A stretch of 31,770 nucleotides of DNA from the NCBI GenBank assembly GCA_964426185.1, contig CAYRPF010000015.1:17320-49089 (forward strand), written 5' to 3'. A model generated the notes under the pieces. The model made no database searches, had not been told where the DNA came from, and saw nothing but the letters and a program-made list of their open reading frames with translations. The translations under genes were made by a program, and so were the position numbers. The DNA is from an uncultured archaeon (lineage in GTDB: Archaea > Asgardarchaeota > Lokiarchaeia > Sigyniarchaeales > Promethearchaeaceae). This document shows, in pieces, positions 9,401 through 16,557 of this stretch. Positions within the stretch are counted from its first letter, which is position 1. Each line of letters begins with the position of its first letter.

Positions 9401-10729
9401 TCACTTTTCTTTGGATGGATTGGTTGGCTTTGATGAAGATGATGAAGATGATGAAGTTTGAGAACATGGAAAAGATTGTGAAGAATGTGAAGTTGAAGAA
9501 GATGAAGTGTTTGAAGTATTTGAAGGAATTTGGGTCCTGTGAATTCTGTTTAATTCAACTTTTTTCCAGAAAATATAATCGTTAATGGGATTTTTTATTG
9601 GATGAATAGTTCCATCTTTCCATTTTGCACCTTGTACACAAAGTTTATCCCCAAATTGTGGATTATCTGCTTTGCATAAACGAAAACTTTTCAATTTCGC
9701 ACAGTTGTACATTTTATACTTCTTTCCTTTTCCCCCCGAACCAGCCGCAAATTCCACTTGATACCTCGCAATTGATTCATCGAAGTCAGGGATAGTTCTA
9801 AAAATATCCACAGTTTCTTCTATAGTATGGTTTGTATTCAGAAAATAAAAAGCAATGGCTAAGCGTTCATTATGAGATAAGTTTTCACCTTGTGAAGCAC
9901 GATATAGAATCATTTTCATACAAGGCGGGAATAAATCATATTCAATTTTTTCATCACTTAAAAAACCCGAAGAAGAAAACTTTTTTGTATTTTCCTCCAC
10001 AAATTTTTCTACAACATTTAAAATCCGTTTAATAGGCGGAATTTTTTCGATTTCTTCCTTAATATCTGCATCAATGATATTGTAATCAGGTTTAGTTTTA
10101 TTTCTAACCATTTCTCTTAATAATAAAATTACGTCATCACGGATTAGGTGTACTTTACCATTTTGGAAAATCCGATTAATTAATTTCCATCGATCCCCAG
10201 TTAATTTTGTTGCAACCTTCAGATACGAATGAAAATCCATTTGAAAAGGATATATTACATTATCAATTTGGTTTTTGGGAGTTACTTCACAAAGTAATCC
10301 AAGATTACGGCAGATACTTTGTAATTGAATATTATTATATTTAATACCAGACCGAGTACGGGTCGAAATTGTAGATTTTAATTCATTTTGACAATGCTTG
10401 GCATAGATATTAGCCATGGCATTTCCAAGTATACGATTTCCTAATAATGAAAGAAGCATTTGAATAACGGGATACATCGCTAAGTTTGTGACATCACCTG
10501 ATGAAAAGGGATAATTTTCCTTGGATTCTGCACAATAATTAAAAAATTTAATAATGCGAGATTCTAATTCAGGAAATTCGCTAAAAAGCTGTTGGATCAT
10601 GACGACTAAAGATATCTTCTCCGCATCTTCATCTGAAAATCCCAATTTTTCCATCAATATAGCACTACTGCCATTAAGCCATGGAAATTGGAGAAAATAT
10701 TGAGAAGGAAGAGAAGGTTTGGAACTCAT
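9401..10729 (-). CDS. priL: DNA primase large subunit with [4Fe-4S] C-terminal domain and Ser-rich tail
   Basis: WKLINR..NGKV, FPPCM, NLSHNERL, PDFDESIARYQVE, YNCAKLKSFRLC, LC..IKNP. Confidence 0.94.
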   Translation of the reverse strand: MSSKPSLPSQYFLQFPWLNGSSAILMEKLGFSDEDAEKISLVVMIQQLFSEFPELESRIIKFFNYCAESKENYPFSSGDVTNLAMYPVIQMLLSLLGNRILGNAMANIYAKHCQNELKSTISTRTRSGIKYNNIQLQSICRNLGLLCEVTPKNQIDNVIYPFQMDFHSYLKVATKLTGDRWKLINRIFQNGKVHLIRDDVILLLREMVRNKTKPDYNIIDADIKEEIEKIPPIKRILNVVEKFVEENTKKFSSSGFLSDEKIEYDLFPPCMKMILYRASQGENLSHNERLAIAFYFLNTNHTIEETVDIFRTIPDFDESIARYQVEFAAGSGGKGKKYKMYNCAKLKSFRLCKADNPQFGDKLCVQGAKWKDGTIHPIKNPINDYIFWKKVELNRIHRTQIPSNTSNTSSSSTSHSSQSFPCSQTSSSSSSSSKPTNPSKEK

Positions 10730-10873
10730 AATTACTCACTTCTGAGTATATATTTTATGATATATGGAGCTTCCGAAGAAAGTTCTGCCTTTATAAATTC
10801 ACTGTATTCAAATTTAATAATTTGATCAAATTTTTTAAATAGTAAAAAATTTGTTTTACAGAAGTGAAAAACT

Positions 10874-12307
10874 ATGAAGATTAATGAAATTATTGCTTCA
10901 TGGAAGCCTGTTAAACGTTGGGTTACCCTAATTAGCTTTCTATTATCTTTCTCGACATTAGCTTTGCTAATATGGGTAATTTCTTTGCCAAGAAATATGC
11001 AGTTGTTTAAGTGGAGCCCTCCACAAAGACAGATTTTTATTATAGTTTGCATCGTTGCAGCTATTGTGCCATTAGGATTTGTATTTGATTTCATTTTTCG
11101 AATGAAAAAAAATGTAATTTCAAAAAAAATCCCTGGAAAATATGTATATGCCTTAGTATTAATTGGAATAATACTACCAAGCGCATATTTGATTTATCTA
11201 TCTCCTTACCATCACGTGGGGGATAAAGCACCTGAACTCATGATTATTGATCAACCAGGTGTGAGTGGTTATCCAAATTTAGCCGTAATGTTTTATACTC
11301 AAAAGGCCACCACCGAATTCATTAATTATGGCACAAGTATGTCTGACATGGACACTCAAGTTCTTGATTCGAATCCGATCCATTCACATGTTTTTGTTTT
11401 AAAAGATCTAAATCCCGGTATACAATATTTTTACCAAATTAATGGAGAAGGAAAAATATATAATTTTACCTATTTTCCTGCATCTACCAATGATTTAAAA
11501 TTCGGAATTAGCTCCGATGTGCATATAGGAGCAGAAGATTGTAATTTAACGGCAGTTACTGGAATTTTGGAACAAATGGTTAATCCTACAAATTCATATA
11601 ATGCCTTTTTCTGTTTAGGAGATATTGTTGATATGGGAAATGATGACAGCATGTATCAAGAACAAATTGAATTATTCTCCCCATATACAACCGCAATTCC
11701 ATTTCGGAACATGATAGGTAATCACGATGGATGGTTCGGTGGAGTAGAATTTTGGAAGGACTATTTTTATCCTGTAAATGCACCAAGTAATTCCAGCGAT
11801 TCTCAGCTGTGGCATCAATATGATTTTGGTCCCAATATTCATGTTTTTAATTTAGACTTAGAATGGGGAATAGAATCATACACGGAAGCTCAAAAGGTTT
11901 GGTTTGAAGAAAAACTGCAAGCATTGGATCCCGATGACTGGATTATCGTTATGAACCATGCCTATTATTACGCTTCAAGCACAGAATATGATGGAATCCC
12001 TTGGTATGACAATCCTGATATGATTAACACTTTCCAACCATTATTTAAACAATATGGGGTGGATTTAGTGTTCGCAGGGCATGATCACCAAATGGAGCAC
12101 ATCGCCCAAGATGGTGTTGACTACTTCATTGTTGGTGCAATGGGCGGTTATCGTGATAAAGATCCAACTTTTTACTCGGAAAATTCGCAATTCTTTGATA
12201 ACACTCATTTTGGATTTGCAGATGTGCAATTTAATGGAGTTAATGTCACAGTTTCATTCAGAACTCCAGAAAATACTTTGCTTTATAATGTTACAATTAA
12301 TCAATAA
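10874..12307 (+). CDS. Membrane-anchored purple-acid-phosphatase-like metallophosphoesterase
   Basis: Three N-terminal TM helices, FN3-like region (LKDLNPGIQYFYQI), and motifs SDVH, GDIVD, GNHD, VMNH, GHDH. Confidence 0.88.
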   Translation: MKINEIIASWKPVKRWVTLISFLLSFSTLALLIWVISLPRNMQLFKWSPPQRQIFIIVCIVAAIVPLGFVFDFIFRMKKNVISKKIPGKYVYALVLIGIILPSAYLIYLSPYHHVGDKAPELMIIDQPGVSGYPNLAVMFYTQKATTEFINYGTSMSDMDTQVLDSNPIHSHVFVLKDLNPGIQYFYQINGEGKIYNFTYFPASTNDLKFGISSDVHIGAEDCNLTAVTGILEQMVNPTNSYNAFFCLGDIVDMGNDDSMYQEQIELFSPYTTAIPFRNMIGNHDGWFGGVEFWKDYFYPVNAPSNSSDSQLWHQYDFGPNIHVFNLDLEWGIESYTEAQKVWFEEKLQALDPDDWIIVMNHAYYYASSTEYDGIPWYDNPDMINTFQPLFKQYGVDLVFAGHDHQMEHIAQDGVDYFIVGAMGGYRDKDPTFYSENSQFFDNTHFGFADVQFNGVNVTVSFRTPENTLLYNVTINQ

Positions 12308-12385
12308 GAGAAATTTGCTATTTACCGTAGTTTTCTCTTCTTTTTTATATTATATTCATAGTTATTATGAGGTCCCAAAGAGTTG

Positions 12386-12437
12386 CACTCTTCTCCGATT
12401 ATCGCATCGTTTATCGATAATCATCATCGCGAACGAT
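12386..12437 (-). ncRNA. Eukaryote-type (Loki-type) SECIS element in the 3' UTR of the UU selenoprotein gene
   Basis: Minus strand: AUGA (12427-12424), UGAUUAUCG (12423-12415), loop AUAAACGAUG, CGAUAAUCG (12404-12396), GA (12395-12394). Nine contiguous base pairs (one U-G), an AAA in the loop and an AUGA/GA core, starting 15 nt after the TAA. Confidence 0.85.
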
Positions 12438-12442
12438 TAAAT

Positions 12443-12772
12443 TTAATGTAATATCTTTTTCAAAAAAAGTTCAGAGCGATTACTAAGAGAAATATACGCA
12501 TCTTGGTTATTTTCTAAGATGGAAGGCTCAATCCAAATTGGAATTTCTAAGTTTTTCATATACAGTTCAACAAGTTTTTTATGTAAACTTTGCTCCAATT
12601 GTACTCGATCTTCTGCGGAAAATTTCTGAGAATAATCGCAAATTCTCACATGATAGAAATCTATCAATCCTCATCATTGGCTGGTTTTTTCCAGAGTTAT
12701 TAATAACACTGGTGTTTTCATTTTCTTTGCTTCAGAATTCACATATTTCATAGCTTTCGTAGAAATTTTCAT
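12443..12772 (-). CDS. HesB-like / CC-Se-motif family selenoprotein with two adjacent Sec (U33-U34), 109 aa
   Basis: SD GGGTG 5 nt before ATG 12772 (alternative ATG 12784 overlaps the upstream TAA). Reads MKISTKAMKYVNSEAKKMKTPVLLITLEKTSQ-TGA(12676-74)-TGA(12673-71)-GLIDFYHVRICD..., in frame with track ORF 12443..12667. Aligns with the Cys-Cys paralog upstream; SECIS downstream. Confidence 0.85.
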
Positions 12773-12783
12773 CCCATCACCCA

Positions 12784-13074
12784 TTATGTATCCGATATTG
12801 ATTTTTCTAAAAAATTTAACGCTTTAATATTTCCAAAGGTTCTAATGTCAATTATTCCTGAATTCATATATTTTTCGGTATTTCGAGAGAAATATACTTT
12901 GATATCATCAAATTTTTTGATATCTACAATTTCTTCTTTACGAATCTTTTTTCCAAGGATAATACGCGGGATAAATTCAGTACTGCAACAAGATCTCATA
13001 GTGATTTCTACAATGGTTAATTCTTGTATGCTTTTTTCTTGAAGGTATTTTTTAGCTTTTTCGGTTATGTGCAT
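12784..13074 (-). CDS. HesB-like / CC-Se-motif family protein (Cys-Cys form)
   Basis: MHITEKAKKYL..TMRSCCSTEFIPRIILGK..DIKVYF; ATG 13074 follows GGGAG (track start 13104 is probably too long). Confidence 0.8.
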   Translation of the reverse strand: MHITEKAKKYLQEKSIQELTIVEITMRSCCSTEFIPRIILGKKIRKEEIVDIKKFDDIKVYFSRNTEKYMNSGIIDIRTFGNIKALNFLEKSISDT

Positions 13075-13109
13075 GATTTCTCCCTTGATGAAATATCCTT
13101 GCAAAAAAA

Positions 13110-13520
13110 TTAGGGATCTAAATATTTAACAGTTAAATTTGCAATATGTTCTGCCAATTTAGTGCAATATTCATGATTTTTCCATTTAAAGTCATTTAAA
13201 GGTCCTTTTTCAATTTCTTCATATTCTTGGGGGTTGAAAAATTCATTTAAGAATATACTTTCCACGGGTTTAACTCCTATACTTTCGACTCCCTTTTTGG
13301 CGCAGGCTTTATCGCATCCATCTATAGTAATACATGGAAATTTTTTCACAAAATTTTGTTCTTGTTCATCTCCCGCTAAAAAGAGGGGAACGCAAACCGT
13401 GGTTGTCATTCCTTTTAAGTATTCATCCAAAACTTTTCTTGTAGCAAGGCGCGAAATGGTTCCACACGGATATTCTTCCCCACTACATGAAAGTAGTCCA
13501 ACAAATTTTGGTTTAAACAT
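13110..13520 (-). CDS. DGC-domain putative Zn/metal-binding protein
   Basis: SCSG..GTISR, VC, ITIDGCDKACA. Confidence 0.9.
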   Translation of the reverse strand: MFKPKFVGLLSCSGEEYPCGTISRLATRKVLDEYLKGMTTTVCVPLFLAGDEQEQNFVKKFPCITIDGCDKACAKKGVESIGVKPVESIFLNEFFNPQEYEEIEKGPLNDFKWKNHEYCTKLAEHIANLTVKYLDP

Positions 13521-13940
13521 TTATGCTTCACCGTGTACACTAACTAATTCATCAATTAACTCTGAGATTTCGATTCCAATTCGTTTTGCGAGTTGCTGAC
13601 CATCTTGACCAGGATCAGAAACATTTCTGGTATTAACCTTCAAATCACGATTTTTTACCAAGAATTTCGCCACTAAAAAAGATTTAGAAACTTCTGCATC
13701 TTTTTCAAGTAAGTGTTTATAGGCACACCTTTTTGAGCAACCGTCAATAGTGATATTATAATTATGATGCACTTTTGCTACAGATTCATCATCACCAGTA
13801 ACCAATCGAGCCAAGCATAATAATTCCGCATTTTCGGGTTTTAAATTTTCCTTTATCTCAAAAGCAGCCCATCGGCTAATCGTACCGAATGCTTTTCCAA
13901 TACCACTACACGGTAATACATTTACTTTGGTTTTGTTCAA
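13521..13940 (-). CDS. DGC-domain putative Zn/metal-binding protein
   Basis: PCSG..GTISR, LCL, ITIDGCSKRCA; TTG start overlaps the upstream TGA. Confidence 0.9.
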   Translation of the reverse strand: MNKTKVNVLPCSGIGKAFGTISRWAAFEIKENLKPENAELLCLARLVTGDDESVAKVHHNYNITIDGCSKRCAYKHLLEKDAEVSKSFLVAKFLVKNRDLKVNTRNVSDPGQDGQQLAKRIGIEISELIDELVSVHGEA

Positions 13941-14833
13941 TATTGTAACCCCTCTTCTTTAATTTTTTCTTCTAAAAATTCAAAATACTGATATGGATTC
14001 ATCAAATCATCGATTTCTTCCTTATAATTAGGACATTTTACTAAAACAATCCATCCCTTCAAATATGGATCTTCATTAATCCATTCAGGATATTCTTCTA
14101 ATTCATGATTTACAGCCAGAACTTCCCCGCTGAATGGAGTTAATACTTCATTTACAGTTTTACTGGACTCGATATTTGCGACGGCTTCGAATTGATCGAT
14201 TTTATCTCCTATTTTAGGCAGTTCACATATTAAAATATCGGCCAATTTTGTTTGCAAATAATCGGTAATCCCAATGAAGAATTTCCCTTCCCCAATATGA
14301 TAAGCCCATGCTTCATTCCAATTAAAAAAGAGGTTTTTATCATTCACTGGAACTTTGAAATGAAATTTTGAAAACTCCGCTTCCAAAAACTGAGAGTATT
14401 CGGGATTAAATTCAACCTTATTTTCTGGTTTGGTTTCCATATTTTGACTTTTTTCTAAAAAAACCTCGATTTGGCTTAGAATCTGATTTGATATGGATTT
14501 AACGGCTTCATGATCTTGATAATCAAGGGTAGCCTGACCTTTCTGTGGAAGTTTTATATCTTTTATGATTTTAGGTATGCTTATAATTAAATTTGGTTTT
14601 ATTTTGCGCTGATTTAAGATTTTATTGACACATTGAATAGCACATCCATTTAAAGCAATAGTATTGTCACCCAAAATGCTTTCTTTGTATTCACCTGCGG
14701 CTATTTGAGATATGGAAGGCTCTAATGTTATTTTTGACGGATTTGCGCGTTTTAAATGTAAAATGGCTAAAGTGCAAAGTTGGCCTAATAATTTTTCACA
14801 TCCCATACAAGGTATAACAATGTTTTTCTTCAT
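13937..14833 (-). CDS. Fusion: N-terminal DGC-like domain + C-terminal GcvH-like lipoyl-carrier domain
   Basis: PCMG..IALNGCAIQCV (DGC variant), then NEAWA..IGITDYLQTKLADI..IESSKTVNEVLTPFSGEV..NEDPYLKGWI with the lipoyl Lys intact. Confidence 0.9.
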   Translation of the reverse strand: MKKNIVIPCMGCEKLLGQLCTLAILHLKRANPSKITLEPSISQIAAGEYKESILGDNTIALNGCAIQCVNKILNQRKIKPNLIISIPKIIKDIKLPQKGQATLDYQDHEAVKSISNQILSQIEVFLEKSQNMETKPENKVEFNPEYSQFLEAEFSKFHFKVPVNDKNLFFNWNEAWAYHIGEGKFFIGITDYLQTKLADILICELPKIGDKIDQFEAVANIESSKTVNEVLTPFSGEVLAVNHELEEYPEWINEDPYLKGWIVLVKCPNYKEEIDDLMNPYQYFEFLEEKIKEEGLQY

Positions 14834-14843
14834 GACTTGTACC

Positions 14844-15194
14844 TCACTTTGAATTTAAATCTTCGATTGAGTTGAGAACATCTTCAAGATACATTAAACC
14901 AGGTCCACCACTCATTACCACCGCAACTAAACTCGCTTCAAGAATCTCTTCTTTGGTTGCCCCAGCTTGCAATGCATTAGCCACATGCCAAGTAATGCAA
15001 CGATCGCATTGAGATTTGACGGACAATGCAACCGCAATCAATTCTTTAAATTTTTTAGATAAAGCTCCAGCTTTTTCAGTTTCAAATATAAATTTTTGAA
15101 AACTTTGCATCCATTTTGGATTAAATTCTCCTATTTCTTTCATACTTTCGTTAATTTTTGTTAATTTTTCTTTGACATTCACTTTGATATTCAC
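14844..15194 (-). CDS. Carboxymuconolactone decarboxylase / AhpD-core family protein
   Basis: GALSKKFKELIAVALSVKSQCDRCITWH..GATKEEILEA..MSGGPG with CxxC; start may be GTG 15182 after AGGTGA. Confidence 0.92.
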   Translation of the reverse strand: MNIKVNVKEKLTKINESMKEIGEFNPKWMQSFQKFIFETEKAGALSKKFKELIAVALSVKSQCDRCITWHVANALQAGATKEEILEASLVAVVMSGGPGLMYLEDVLNSIEDLNSK

Positions 15195-15207
15195 CTTTTT
15201 TAGAGAT

Positions 15208-15531
15208 TTATTTTGATTTTAAGCTTGCTTTGATTTGTTTAATTTGGGCTAAAACTTCCTTTTTGGGTTGAAAAATCATGGCATCTTTCGGGCACATTTT
15301 CAAACAAGCTTGGCAAAATACAACACAATTTTTAGGATTTACAACATGAACTTTCCCATCAACCATAGAATAAACCCCATGTGCGCAAAAATTAACACAA
15401 TCTCCGCAATCGTTACATTTGGAATAATCCAAAGTTGGGAACCAATCAATATCCTTTCGATCAACACCCATAAAGCGATGTACTTGTTTAGGAATATTAT
15501 TCGTTTGAATCCGCTCCTTGGTTAATAACAC
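15208..15531 (-). CDS. 2x[4Fe-4S] ferredoxin family protein
   Basis: CNDCGDCVNFCAHGV and CVVFCQACLKMCP; start codon uncertain. Confidence 0.92.
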   Translation of the reverse strand: MLLTKERIQTNNIPKQVHRFMGVDRKDIDWFPTLDYSKCNDCGDCVNFCAHGVYSMVDGKVHVVNPKNCVVFCQACLKMCPKDAMIFQPKKEVLAQIKQIKASLKSK

Positions 15532-15895
15532 CCCAATCCGATAGTTGAGATTCTATCGCTTCGAAAGCTTCATCTGTGGTCATATTTCTTACATCGAGAG
15601 GTCTGACCCATTCTTCAAAATCTAATCCCGCTTCTTTAAAACCATGTCCAATCAATTTTCTTTGCATATTAGGAGAACAGCCTGCTAAGAAGTATTTTAT
15701 GCCATTTTTTCTCACTAAATCAATCATATTCGCTATGAATCGATCTCCATCTACTTCACACATTTGAGGATGGACAATTGCCCATTCTACTGGTAATGCC
15801 AACCTAACTTGATTGATTAAGTCCCAAACATTCATGGTGGCAAATCCAGGGCAATCACCAGTACAAACGCAGAGTATAAAACCAACCTTTGACAT
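15497..15895 (-). CDS. Stand-alone heterodisulfide reductase subunit A N-terminal-like domain protein
   Basis: KVGFILCVC..HPQMC..LAGCSP..FKEAGL..LDVRN mirrors the HdrA N-terminal domain; no FAD domain. Confidence 0.8.
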   Translation of the reverse strand: MSKVGFILCVCTGDCPGFATMNVWDLINQVRLALPVEWAIVHPQMCEVDGDRFIANMIDLVRKNGIKYFLAGCSPNMQRKLIGHGFKEAGLDFEEWVRPLDVRNMTTDEAFEAIESQLSDWGVINQGADSNE

Positions 15896-15918
15896 GTGAA
15901 ATATAGGTTCTAATTAAA

Positions 15919-15942
15919 TTAAAATGTTTTGAAAAATTTTAA
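15919..15942 (-). promoter_or_regulatory. BRE/TATA promoter of the redox operon with overlapping imperfect palindrome (possible ArsR operator)
   Basis: TTAAAAT-GTTTTGAAAA-ATTTTAA; minus-strand TTTTAA box ~24 nt before ATG 15895. Confidence 0.45.
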
Positions 15943-15993
15943 ACTGGCTATGTAAATGTAATGGGATTTGAGTAAAGGAAAGAGCAAGGAGAT

Positions 15994-16341
15994 CTATAAG
16001 GTTTTTTTGAGATTTGCAGCAGTGTAGTATATAGTAAAATGACCCCGATTTCGTCCAACAATTAACCCCGCTTCTTCTAACTTTTTAATGTGATGCGTTA
16101 TAGAGCCTTCGGATAATCCGAGGATTTTTGACAGCGAACAATTGCACTGTTCACTTCTTTGAAGAAGATGGTATATCAATAATCGATGTTTGTTGGCCAA
16201 GGCACTGTATTGTTTTAATTCTTTTATGAAATCTTGAGATTGGATAATCTTTTCCTTAATATTTTGGTTTTTAGTCAAAAAATCGGTAGAATTTTGAGAA
16301 CTATCGCAAACTTTGAGAAAATCTTTGATTCTGGAATTCAC
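15994..16341 (-). CDS. ArsR/SmtB family transcriptional regulator with alpha3 CxC motif
   Basis: SALANKHRLLI..EQCNCSLSKILGLSEGSITHHIKKLEEAGLI..GHFTIYY (ELCVCDL-like). Confidence 0.92.
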   Translation of the reverse strand: MNSRIKDFLKVCDSSQNSTDFLTKNQNIKEKIIQSQDFIKELKQYSALANKHRLLIYHLLQRSEQCNCSLSKILGLSEGSITHHIKKLEEAGLIVGRNRGHFTIYYTAANLKKTL

Positions 16342-16364
16342 ACTAATATAAAAGTCTCCATTTA

Positions 16365-16400
16365 TTTAAATTGTTTTGATCATTGTAAAAATAATTTAAA
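16365..16400 (-). promoter_or_regulatory. arsR promoter with inverted repeat
   Basis: TTTAAATTGTTTT...AAAATAATTTAAA (12/13 inverted match); a 14-mer is nearly identical to the operon promoter. Confidence 0.4.
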
Positions 16401-16557
16401 AAATACACCAATTTGTTTATACTCCGCAACTTGGGCAGAATTGAAAGTGTCAAGTAAAATGATAAAAACAATTGATCTGCTTGTTGCTGGAATTAGATCA
16501 AAGAATCATTCCATTCGCTTTCATTTAATGTTTATCATTCCATATTTATCAAGCACT

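Noticed and set aside
12443-12772. Interpretation as a pseudogene with two nonsense mutations, or as the 74-aa track ORF
   Set aside because: Both stops are TGA, adjacent, aligned with the paralog's Cys-Cys and followed by a SECIS-like hairpin, which is unlikely for random decay. The 74-aa version lacks the homologous N-terminus.
14799-14846. Sec read-through of the CMD gene's TGA (…NSK-U-G…)
   Set aside because: The CMD domain is already complete, the TGA overlaps the next gene's SD (TGAGGT), and the extension would run out of frame into the next gene without a redox motif.
12386-16341. Calling the operon a standard ars resistance operon, glycine cleavage system or Hdr complex
   Set aside because: No arsB/acr3/arsC/arsM, no gcvP/T/L and no hdrB/C or FAD-binding HdrA domain in the window.
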